Assembly: GCA_048882485.1 (NCBI GenBank)
Contig: JBHLRP010000007.1
Span: forward strand, 1-64,000
Source: Candidatus Thorarchaeota archaeon
GTDB taxonomy: Archaea; Asgardarchaeota; Thorarchaeia; Thorarchaeales; Thorarchaeaceae
Reading direction: 5' to 3'
Length of the DNA stretch: 64,000 nucleotides
The notes beneath the pieces are model-generated. The model worked only from the letters and a program-made list of their open reading frames with translations, searched no databases and was not told the DNA's origin. Below, in pieces: positions 20,657 through 29,418 of the stretch (position 1 is its first letter; the number at the start of each line of letters is the position of its first letter). Both the position numbers and the translations under genes were made by a program.

Positions 20657-22210
20657 TCAGCTGATGTCAGGTGCAGCTTTCAATTGTCGCCGCACTAATA
20701 GTTGAGGAGAGCGCTTCTTGGACCTAATTGGAAATAGACCTTGCCAGGCATCCCGATTATTGGTACACCCAGGATCCGGTCCGAGATAATCATTGAAGTA
20801 ACCTAAAGCCCTTGCGCGACAACCACCACAGACATTTCTAGACTCACACGATCCACATGCTCCTTTCAAGAGGTCCTTATTACGCAAGTTACTTAGAATG
20901 TCTGAGTTGGCCCAGAGGTCATGGAAGTCGTCATTAAGGATATTACCAACACGAACCTCAGGAATGTGTGGAAAGAAGACACAGGGATAGATGTCTCCAT
21001 TTGGCTCAATAGCTACATAGAACCGGCCAGCGCCGCAACCGCCGATGAATTCCGAGAGATCCTTCATCTGAAAAGGCAAACGAGCATTGAAAAAGTGAGT
21101 GGGATACACTTGATTGTCGGCCTTGGGGGAGGAGGGAGTACACATTCTACAGGCTGCCTTCCTGGCAAGTCGGCCTAGCTGTGGTGCTGTGGTCAGTACT
21201 TCCATGTCCTCCGGTTTTTTTGATGTAATCATCTCCAGAATTTCCTGAAGCATGCTCTCTCTTTCATCTGGAGTGAGATCGGAGTCAAGGATATCAAGCC
21301 CTCGACCAGTGGGTACAAAGTTATAGACCATGAACCACTTGGCCCTAAGATTTCTGCCGAGTTTAATGGTGTCGTGGAGCTCGGCAAGATTGTGATGCGT
21401 GGCAGTCATTGCAATCTCAACAAAGAAACCCTCAGCCACACAGTTTTTGATTCCCTGAATTGCTCTTTCAAAAGCTCCGGATACACCCCGAAAACCATCA
21501 TGAGTTTGCGAGTTAGCTCCATCAAGGCTAATTTGCACAAACTTCAGTCCTGCTCTCTTGAACTGTTTCACACGCTCGAGATTTGAGAAGGTATAACCGT
21601 TGGTTGCCATCGCGACATACATCCCCCTTCTTGTCGCGCTTTTGATTAGTTCCAAGATATCTGGCCTTAGAGTAGGCTCGCCACCAGAGAATGCCAGGAA
21701 CACCACTCCTGCGTTTGCTAGCTTGTCTATGCATTCAAGAGCATCTTTCGTGGACATCTCATCTGCAGTTCTTTGTCCAGCGCTTTCGTAGCAGTGCTTG
21801 CATTTTAGATTACATGCTCTGGTGATGTTCCATACAACCTGAAAAGGTGATCCAGGAACGAATGGAGTTCTTGCACCAAACTTGACCAAGCCTGATATTA
21901 CACTTGAAAGCGATCTTCTGAAGATGGGATCACCTAGGCCAGTTATGATTGAATCAAAGTCGGTGCCGAAGGTATCTGCACCTGCGGAGATAATGCGGCG
22001 GATGAGCTTTGCTGCCAGTCTACATGATATGCACCCTTTCATTCTTGTTCCTGCAATTAGTTCAAGTGCAACATTGAGCCGCTTATCACCACATGCTCTA
22101 CATTTCTTTGTAAACCGACTCAAAATTGGCCTGACTAAACGGCTCTTCGAAATTGCTTCCAATAGTTCTGTTCTTGTGACTTCTTCATTCACACTTTCCG
22201 TCAACGACAC
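20657..22210 (-). CDS. Radical SAM/SPASM protein with N-terminal CxxC-x-CxxC extension
   Basis: CNLKCKHC; SGGEP; SPASM cysteines CGAG...IYPC...CGSC...CGGCRARA...DPGC; N-terminal CRAC and CISC. Confidence 0.9.
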   Translation of the reverse strand: MSLTESVNEEVTRTELLEAISKSRLVRPILSRFTKKCRACGDKRLNVALELIAGTRMKGCISCRLAAKLIRRIISAGADTFGTDFDSIITGLGDPIFRRSLSSVISGLVKFGARTPFVPGSPFQVVWNITRACNLKCKHCYESAGQRTADEMSTKDALECIDKLANAGVVFLAFSGGEPTLRPDILELIKSATRRGMYVAMATNGYTFSNLERVKQFKRAGLKFVQISLDGANSQTHDGFRGVSGAFERAIQGIKNCVAEGFFVEIAMTATHHNLAELHDTIKLGRNLRAKWFMVYNFVPTGRGLDILDSDLTPDERESMLQEILEMITSKKPEDMEVLTTAPQLGRLARKAACRMCTPSSPKADNQVYPTHFFNARLPFQMKDLSEFIGGCGAGRFYVAIEPNGDIYPCVFFPHIPEVRVGNILNDDFHDLWANSDILSNLRNKDLLKGACGSCESRNVCGGCRARALGYFNDYLGPDPGCTNNRDAWQGLFPIRSKKRSPQLLVRRQLKAAPDIS

Positions 22211-22249
22211 CTACTTTGTCTAGTCATCTAAGGCGGGGGCATTGAAACG

Positions 22250-22843
22250 CTACCCGCTGCCATCGGATTCGAGAATGCCCCCTGTGAAAACATCGAGGAA
22301 ATCATCAAAGGCCTTCTCATGGTCATCAATGAATTTTTCACCAAAGAGGAGTTCCGCCATCCGGCTGAAAGAAATGTAGCTTAGGAGAATGAGTGCTGCT
22401 GCCTTTGGATCTATCTTCCGGACAGTCCCTTTCCGAATCTGCTCTTCAAAGTACTTTGTCAAGTTCTTCAAGATTCGCTGGGGGACTGAGGACAGTGACT
22501 CAGCGACTGAGGGTAATCTCAATCCTTCGGCATACTGCAAAATCATGAGGTCCTGCTCTTTTCTTGTGAACTTGATCAGATTGTGGCCAAATGCTCGAAG
22601 AGCGTTCTGGACAAACGAGTCTTTATCCAAATCAAAGATGGGTTCTAGGGATGCGAGTGCGTTTGCTTCAGTATTGGCTATGACCGTTTCCATCAATCTG
22701 TCCTTAGTCTTATACTTCCTGAACAATGTGACCTCGTTCACACCTGCGTTCTCCGCAATCCTCTTTGTCGTTGCGGCTTTGTAACCGTGCTGCACAAAGA
22801 GGTTCTTTGCTGCTTCCAGGACTCTTTCCTCGATTGATTTCAT
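22250..22843 (-). CDS. TetR/AcrR family transcriptional regulator
   Basis: AAKNLFVQHGYKAATTKRIAENAGVNEVTLFRKY HTH. Confidence 0.92.
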   Translation of the reverse strand: MKSIEERVLEAAKNLFVQHGYKAATTKRIAENAGVNEVTLFRKYKTKDRLMETVIANTEANALASLEPIFDLDKDSFVQNALRAFGHNLIKFTRKEQDLMILQYAEGLRLPSVAESLSSVPQRILKNLTKYFEEQIRKGTVRKIDPKAAALILLSYISFSRMAELLFGEKFIDDHEKAFDDFLDVFTGGILESDGSG

Positions 22844-22871
22844 TTATGCAAGTAAGTACTTGCTTGCATAA
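22844..22871. promoter_or_regulatory. 28-bp palindromic operator abutting the tetR start codon
   Basis: TTATGCAAG-T-AAGTACTT-G-CTTGCATAA has one mismatched pair; an AT-rich TATA-like TTTATTA on the minus strand overlaps its upstream edge. Confidence 0.8.
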
Positions 22872-23076
22872 TAAATATGTCCCTCAGAGCAAGATCCAAT
22901 TCAGAGCGTTCTTTGCTAGGAAAAGTATGACTCAGAAGCACAAAAAGAGGTTGTTCAACGCTTCTACCATAGGTTCTTGGAGATTCGAAGAAAGACCATC
23001 TAAGAAGTGGTTGTGAAACATCAATCCAAAAATGAAAGCACTTAAGCAGAGATTCATGGTAGACTGCCTGATTCAA

Positions 23077-23506
23077 ATGGAACCAATGAATCCGTCTGAT
23101 GAGTTTTCGTTACGATCTGCTAGACGAATCGGGACTGTCTTTCTCGCTTATGCCATTGGTCTGCCACTGTTCATAATCGCACTGGGGCCTCAGTTGCCAC
23201 CCAGCACCGGTCCATACATGCTTTCATGGATATTGATGGCTATGATGCCTGTTGAGATCTTAATCATCTATGTGTTGTATTGGTTCTTTGGTAAAAAGGG
23301 CAGGTTCTCGAATATTATGGGTCCATCGGGTCTCATGTATACGTTGGCAACCATCCCATCTATCTATGCGTTCTATCGGTTTCATTGATTCAGCTCTCTC
23401 GCTCATAGCATTTCCATTGGGGTTGATGTTCTCTTTTGTAGGCCTCTGGTTTGCTTCGATGTTCATATCCAGACTGTGGTCATCTCTACAGGAATTCAAT
23501 CAATAG
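23077..23506 (+). pseudogene. Frameshifted ~4-TM membrane protein
   Basis: The hydrophobic reading ...IPSIYAF continues in another frame as IGFIDSALSLIAFPLGLMFS...; the shift is at about 23374. Confidence 0.65.
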
Positions 23507-23551
23507 CAAATTTCTGGTTCAACTCTCATTCGGGGCATCACTTCTTCATTC

Positions 23552-24010
23552 TTAGTAATGCTTTCTACCATGGGCATGAAATTCCAGAACTACTCTCCCT
23601 TCTCTTGTAGCGCAATCCCTGCATATTACTTGGCCTTCAAAGACAACTTTGTATCCAACATGTGCTGTATTACTTGATTCTTGGTTTACGGATACGACAC
23701 GACCACAAGAGGTTAGGAACAATCCAGCTTCTATTCCTTTTTTCCAAATTTCGCCTGTGTGTATAGGCTCGCCGTCCTTCGCAAGTAGCAGCGCTGGCTC
23801 TTCGAATCTTTGGAGAAGATCTACTCCCGCAGCTATCATGCTGAAACCTAGAAGTGCGATTAGCGGCACCAATGCGACTTCTCGTGCCAGGGGGCCATAT
23901 TCGCCAGTGTAGGAAAGCAAACTATATGTTCCATAGCCAAAAACCAAGAAGACGGGGGTCCCAATGATTGCTAGTCCTTTCCCAATGAGGCGAAGCAGAC
24001 GTTTCTTCAT
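23552..24010 (-). CDS. 2-TM membrane protein with C-terminal Cys/His motif
   Basis: Two hydrophobic helices; IH...TSCG...CRDC. Confidence 0.65.
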   Translation of the reverse strand: MKKRLLRLIGKGLAIIGTPVFLVFGYGTYSLLSYTGEYGPLAREVALVPLIALLGFSMIAAGVDLLQRFEEPALLLAKDGEPIHTGEIWKKGIEAGLFLTSCGRVVSVNQESSNTAHVGYKVVFEGQVICRDCATREGRVVLEFHAHGRKHY

Positions 24011-24063
24011 AATAACTCTCTACTCATATATTGCTCAAATTACCATTTTATGTTTTCGCTAAA

Positions 24064-25188
24064 TCATGGCCTCCCATTTTGATTGGGCTGTTGAATCCAA
24101 TTCAGAATCACATCGATTGCTAAGGGGATATTTCCAACCTGACAATGATTTGAGGCATGCTCCTCTCGAGTGAATAGGCGGGTTGTCACAGATCGTGCAT
24201 TAACTAGGCCTTGCTCAGTCCACTCGAGTTCTCTTGGAAGAATAAGGTGGTCCGTTTCTCCAGCCAGGAGAAGCACATCCTGTTCCACCTTGTCTGCGAT
24301 GCTTATTGTCGAGTACTTATCCAAAGAGAAACCCCATTCATGGGGGGTCTCTGCACCAGTGACATCTAGCCACTGGTTGATTAGAAATCTAGCTGTGGCA
24401 CTGCGACTCATGGCGAATCTCACAACTCTATTGTAAAAGTTCGGATGATTCCTCAGGAATCGGGTCAACCAACTTTCAGGATTGAGATGTTGGTATACAT
24501 AAACATCAAGCGCCACTACCTGAGAAATCTTTGGTTCATATGCTGCAGCACGCAGTGCAAGAAATCCGCCTAGCGAAATGCCAATGAGAGTGATATCAGA
24601 GAGGTTGAAGTATTCCAGAATTGCTGAGGTTGGTTTTTCCCACTCATGAGTCAGTTTCATACCATATCTTCTGAGTGTTTTACCTTGACCGGGACCTTCA
24701 AAGAGAATGACCTCACATCCTCTATTTGCGAATATCTTTGCTATCGTGTAGAATTCCTCTATGAACGAGTCCAATCCTCCGTGAATGACAACAGTTCGAT
24801 AGGCATCTGGCGGTGTCAGCCTCAGTGTGTGCAGATATCCAAATTCGAATGGCACCTCGGAAATTTTGAGACTAGGATCTTCGATGTTTTCATAGAACAG
24901 AGTCTGAAATCTCTCATAGAGTTCCAGTTTGTCTGCATCATCACTAAATGTGAAGAATTCAGCTGCACGGTAGTAGAATGCCGAGTTAATCATCCGGTTT
25001 TCGAATTCAGCCTTTTCAGCAAGGCCTATCATCTCTCGCTTCCAGTCATCGAAATTCTTGATCCTCGCTGCGACACTCTCAAAGTCCTCAGCACGAGCAA
25101 AGCCTAGAGACACCCACCTGTTCATCTGGAAATTGAAGTGCTTGTCCTTGTGAAAGGAGTGATAGCCAATTGGGAGGTCGAACTCCAT
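24064..25188 (-). CDS. Alpha/beta hydrolase (FrsA/DUF1100-like)
   Basis: GGLDS, EGPGQG, GISLGG nucleophile elbow and HCQVGN. Confidence 0.85.
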   Translation of the reverse strand: MEFDLPIGYHSFHKDKHFNFQMNRWVSLGFARAEDFESVAARIKNFDDWKREMIGLAEKAEFENRMINSAFYYRAAEFFTFSDDADKLELYERFQTLFYENIEDPSLKISEVPFEFGYLHTLRLTPPDAYRTVVIHGGLDSFIEEFYTIAKIFANRGCEVILFEGPGQGKTLRRYGMKLTHEWEKPTSAILEYFNLSDITLIGISLGGFLALRAAAYEPKISQVVALDVYVYQHLNPESWLTRFLRNHPNFYNRVVRFAMSRSATARFLINQWLDVTGAETPHEWGFSLDKYSTISIADKVEQDVLLLAGETDHLILPRELEWTEQGLVNARSVTTRLFTREEHASNHCQVGNIPLAIDVILNWIQQPNQNGRP

Positions 25189-25281
25189 GTGTCACAAGAG
25201 GAGCAAAAGCGTATAAGAATGACTGGAATCCAATTGCTTGGAGGGCTCTTCATGAAACATCGAGAGCTAGTGATGATGTGC

Positions 25282-25428
25282 TCACTTGTCCTCTTTGCGG
25301 CTTGAGATGCTTCCTCGATAGTGGTCTGTTCGACCACTATGCCTATTCTTGCTCCCAAATGCGACAGTGATGCCTGCCAGAAAAATAGTCGTGATAATGA
25401 TTGATAACAAGACTAGTACTTCGATCAT
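25282..25428 (-). CDS. Putative 48-aa single-pass membrane microprotein (absent from the ORF track)
   Basis: MIEVLVLLSIIITTIFLAGITVAFGSKNRHSGRTDHYRGSISSRKEDK*: one TM and a charged tail, co-oriented upstream of the hydrolase. Confidence 0.5.
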   Translation of the reverse strand: MIEVLVLLSIIITTIFLAGITVAFGSKNRHSGRTDHYRGSISSRKEDK

Positions 25429-25605
25429 CCCACTCTCATGATATTATTCGAATTTGAGCTAATAAACAATTGGCCATTTTCCTAATCATCTGTCATAAAG
25501 TAATCCTTAAGAGGGGTGTTTCTTGCCTCCGGGTTTAACTCACACAGGGAACTAGGCTGTTGACTTTCCATCAATTGAAGGAGGACTTGGCGCCTAGATC
25601 AATCA

Positions 25606-27984
25606 GTGGTGAAACACATTATGCAATTATTCGAGACATTCAACGGTATGGTCTTAATTGAGCAGATCATGATCTTTACGGTCATTCTAGCTGCCATAGC
25701 CAGTCTCGTGTATGCCTGGTGGCTCAGAAGAGGCGTCTTGGAACTGCCCAAAGGTACTGAGCAAATGCAGAAGGTGTGGAACGGAATCAGGGAAGGTGCT
25801 TTGTCTTATCTCGATAGACAACTGAGGACGATTTTACCAATATTGGTTGTATTGTCATTCCTTCTATTCTTCACCGTTTATATTACCACACCAGAGCGAG
25901 GAACGGATATTCTATTTGGTCATACTCCAGACCAGGGACGACTCATTGTAGGAATCGGCAGGTCGTTGGCGTTTGTCTTGGGTGCTAGTTTTTCGCTCAT
26001 GGTTGGACAGCTGGGGATGAGAATCGCTGTCGAGTCCAACATCCGTGTTGCACAGGCTACACGTGAAGGTGAAGACCGCTATAATCGTGCATTGACAATC
26101 TCTTATCGTGGCGGTACCTTTACAGGAATGCTGACTGACGGACTAGGTCTAATGGGAGGAACAATCATATTCATCATCTATGGAATTGCAGCACCTGATG
26201 CACTCCTGGGATTTGGTTTGGGAGGCACTCTGCTTGCTCTATTCATGAGAGTTGGAGGCGGAATCTATACCAAGGCCGCTGATGTTGGTGCTGACCTAGT
26301 TGGCAAAGTGGAGCACGGCTTACCAGAAGATGATCCACGAAACGCTGCGGTTGTTGCCGATCTTGTAGGTGACAATGTTGGAGACTGTGCCGGAATGGCA
26401 GCGGACATTTTCGAGTCATATGAAGTCACCATCGTTTCCGCTCTGATTCTGGCTATAGTGCTTTACATTGACAATCCTGCGCTCCTTGTCTTTCCATTCG
26501 CCGTTGTGGTCTTTCCACTTTTTGTGAGAGCAATTGGAGTCATCTCTTCAATGATCGGTACCTTCATGGTTCCAGTCTGGCCAAGGATCCTTAGGAAGTC
26601 TGCAGTCTACGCAGAAAAAGCAATGTTTCTATCATATGAGGCATCTAGCGCTTTTACAATCATACTATCAATGACACTCTCATGGTTCTATGTTGGAGAC
26701 CTGAGATTCGGAATACTCATCGCAGTTGGTGTCATGCTGGCTGTATCATTCAATCCAATCACAAGCTATTTCACATCGCTAAAGAAGCCTCCAGTGCAGG
26801 AGATCGTAAAGTCTGCTGATACTGGCTATGCAACATTCATACTCTCTGGCCTCGTTGCCGGCTATGAGTCGACTGTTGCTGCGCTCGTAGTAATCGTTAC
26901 CACATTTGGAATCTCAGCGGTGCTGTTCTTGGCTCCAGTTGCAGCTGCGGTGCCATGGTTCATAGATGGCATCTCTGGTAATCTCTGGACACTCTATGGT
27001 ATTGCCCTGATTGGTATCGGAATGCTATCACACACTGGAAACAATGTGGCGATGGACTCCTATGGTCCAATCAGCGACAATGCAGCTGGCATTGGTGAGC
27101 TCTCACCTGGGGACTTTGACGATGATGCAATGAGGACTATGGCCGAGCTCGATGCAGTTGGGAACACAACTAAGGCCATCACTAAAGGTGTTGCAATAGC
27201 TTCTGCTGTCATTGCTGCAGTTAGCCTCTTTGATAGCTTCGTTGTTGTTGCGGGAATCGAACATCTACTCATGGACAATCCCCTTGTATTCTCAGGTCTG
27301 CTTCTGGGTGCCGCTCTCCCATGGCTCTTCTCAGCCTTGAACATCAAGGCAGTCACTCGTGCCGCTGGCGAGATGGTCATGGAAGTTCGTAGGCAGTTCA
27401 GGATACCTGGAATCTTGGAGGGCACTAAGGCGCCTGACTATGATCGAGCGGTTGACATTTCCACCACTGCAGCTCAGAAAGAACTCATTTCCCTTGTGAC
27501 TCTCACCGTTTCCATCCCGCTCATGGTTGGAATTCTATTCGGTGTCGAAGCTCTTGGAGGGTTCCTAGGTGGCATCATTGTGTCTGGTCAACTCCTCGCT
27601 GTTTTCATGTCGAATTCAGGTGGCGCTTGGGACAATGCGAAGAAAAGTATCGAGGATGAGCCCTGCAGCATTGAGAACAACACTGGCAAAGGCTCAGAGC
27701 GGCACAAGTGCGGAGTTGTTGGTGACACTATCGGTGATCCATTAAAGGATACAGCAGGCCCTGCACTGAATCCAATGATCAAGGTCGTCAATCTCCTTGC
27801 ATTGATTCTTGCTCCACTGCTGGTTCAGTTCAGTTTTGGAGCAGATGCTACAACAAATCTGATTCTTGTTGCAGTTCTCTTCGTGTTGTTTCTAATGACC
27901 GTCTGGGCCATGCGCAAGAGCACCAAGCCAGCTGACTTTGGCATGGGAACTCCGGAAATGGCAGTAGAGGCTCAGAACGAGTAG
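25606..27984 (+). CDS. hppA: Membrane-bound proton-translocating pyrophosphatase (K+-independent type)
   Basis: GGGIYTKAADVGADLVGKVE, EDDPRN and DNVGD; GNTTKA carries the Lys that marks K+ independence. Confidence 0.95.
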   Translation: MVKHIMQLFETFNGMVLIEQIMIFTVILAAIASLVYAWWLRRGVLELPKGTEQMQKVWNGIREGALSYLDRQLRTILPILVVLSFLLFFTVYITTPERGTDILFGHTPDQGRLIVGIGRSLAFVLGASFSLMVGQLGMRIAVESNIRVAQATREGEDRYNRALTISYRGGTFTGMLTDGLGLMGGTIIFIIYGIAAPDALLGFGLGGTLLALFMRVGGGIYTKAADVGADLVGKVEHGLPEDDPRNAAVVADLVGDNVGDCAGMAADIFESYEVTIVSALILAIVLYIDNPALLVFPFAVVVFPLFVRAIGVISSMIGTFMVPVWPRILRKSAVYAEKAMFLSYEASSAFTIILSMTLSWFYVGDLRFGILIAVGVMLAVSFNPITSYFTSLKKPPVQEIVKSADTGYATFILSGLVAGYESTVAALVVIVTTFGISAVLFLAPVAAAVPWFIDGISGNLWTLYGIALIGIGMLSHTGNNVAMDSYGPISDNAAGIGELSPGDFDDDAMRTMAELDAVGNTTKAITKGVAIASAVIAAVSLFDSFVVVAGIEHLLMDNPLVFSGLLLGAALPWLFSALNIKAVTRAAGEMVMEVRRQFRIPGILEGTKAPDYDRAVDISTTAAQKELISLVTLTVSIPLMVGILFGVEALGGFLGGIIVSGQLLAVFMSNSGGAWDNAKKSIEDEPCSIENNTGKGSERHKCGVVGDTIGDPLKDTAGPALNPMIKVVNLLALILAPLLVQFSFGADATTNLILVAVLFVLFLMTVWAMRKSTKPADFGMGTPEMAVEAQNE

Positions 27985-27990
27985 TCAATC

Positions 27991-28034
27991 AACAGAGGGT
28001 GGCATCTACAGCCACCTTCTCTCTGTTTTTCTTT
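27991..28034 (+). terminator. Hairpin plus T-rich terminator after hppA
   Basis: AGAGGGTGGC-atctaca-GCCACCTTCT followed by CTCTGTTTTTCTTT. Confidence 0.6.
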
Positions 28035-28157
28035 CACTATAGTTTCAAGTTCAGTGTGAACTTCCTACAAAATGCCGCTTAATCGACATGCTTTTCTTCG
28101 GAGAATGCAATACAATATAACAAATAGGCTGTAGTCTCATGTCATCGAGGTTAGGGA

Positions 28158-29324
28158 GTGGAAAATATGGAAGAAGAATTAGTCCCTGACACGTGTTTTG
28201 AAGGACATGAGTTCACGGTATGGTCTCTTGCTTTTACACCTGATGGCAGATACATAATCTCAGGCGGACAGGATGCAACAATCAGGGTGTGGGACCTGCA
28301 TTCAGGTAGTCAGGTCCACAAACTTAGCGGGCATCGTGGTGCCGTTTACGGACTGTCCGTTTTGGCAGATGGAACTAGGGTGGTTTCTGTTGCTGATATG
28401 GACCTCGCAGTTCGAATTTGGGACATTGAAGCAGGAGAACCGATCAGCGCGCTAGCTCCGAATTCGGCACATGTCAATGCAGTCACTTCTTCTCCGGACA
28501 ATCGGTATGTTGTAACTGGCGGAGATGATGGCAAGGCAAGAATCTGGGATATAGACAGTGGAGTTCTGCTTAGAGTCCTTGACCATGCGCGAAGCATATA
28601 TTCAATGACAATTTCGCCGGACGGTCGGCATCTTGTCATCGGCTCAAAGACTACCGCAGGATCGATTGAGAAAGGACTCATCTGGGTATGGGACTTTGAG
28701 CTAGGAATGCTACTTCACACCCTTGAGAGCCATACAGGCCATGTCACATCCCTTGCAATGACTGCAGACTCAAGATACATTCTCTCAGGAGGACAGGACG
28801 GCACAGTCCGTCTATGGGATCTTGAAACTGGCACTCTCCTCTACACTATGGCTGGACACGAAGGGCCTGTGGTGATGGTCACTGTCACACCAGATGGCCA
28901 ACACATCATCAGTGGTTCAAGCGATAATACTCTCCGTCTTTGGCAATTGCACGGAGGAGTGTTCATCCACTCAGTGGAACACACTGAGAACGTTCATGCG
29001 GTTGCAGTAAGCGCCAATGGCAGGCACATTGCAACAGGCGACGTTGAGGGCATAGTGCAGCTTTGGGACTTCCGAATCGGCACAAGCTGGGTTGATGACT
29101 CTATTGACAGGGAAGAAGCAAAGGAAACTGAACTTGCAGCATTCAGAGAAGTCCAGCTACGAAAAGTGATAAACCGCTACGAGACCTTGCCGCTTGAGAG
29201 ACTGAAGACCCTCCTGCGCTTCGAGGATATGGCTGAGCTCGAAGACTGGTTATTGGATTTGCCAGAGGAGGCGCCTGTCAAGATTGATGGAGATCTGTTG
29301 ATAATTCGTAAGCAAGCAACTTAG
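28158..29324 (+). CDS. WD40 beta-propeller protein with C-terminal helical (PCI/wHTH-like) domain
   Basis: About 7 GH...WD repeats, then a ~70-aa C-terminal domain. Confidence 0.88.
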   Translation: MENMEEELVPDTCFEGHEFTVWSLAFTPDGRYIISGGQDATIRVWDLHSGSQVHKLSGHRGAVYGLSVLADGTRVVSVADMDLAVRIWDIEAGEPISALAPNSAHVNAVTSSPDNRYVVTGGDDGKARIWDIDSGVLLRVLDHARSIYSMTISPDGRHLVIGSKTTAGSIEKGLIWVWDFELGMLLHTLESHTGHVTSLAMTADSRYILSGGQDGTVRLWDLETGTLLYTMAGHEGPVVMVTVTPDGQHIISGSSDNTLRLWQLHGGVFIHSVEHTENVHAVAVSANGRHIATGDVEGIVQLWDFRIGTSWVDDSIDREEAKETELAAFREVQLRKVINRYETLPLERLKTLLRFEDMAELEDWLLDLPEEAPVKIDGDLLIIRKQAT

Positions 29325-29418
29325 GATTGTACATCATTCTACACATGCGCCGCGTGAATGCAAAGTCTATTATTCACCATCTTGGAGATTCTCGTCTAAT
29401 CTCCATTTTGGATGCTGG

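Noticed and set aside
18265-22843. RiPP biosynthetic cluster
   Set aside because: No precursor peptide, RRE/PqqD domain, protease or transporter was seen in or next to the operon.
25170-25370. 66-aa plus-strand ORF with CPLC...H...C resembling a zinc finger
   Set aside because: It has a weak TTG start, overlaps the hydrolase start and is antisense to a more convincing TM microprotein.
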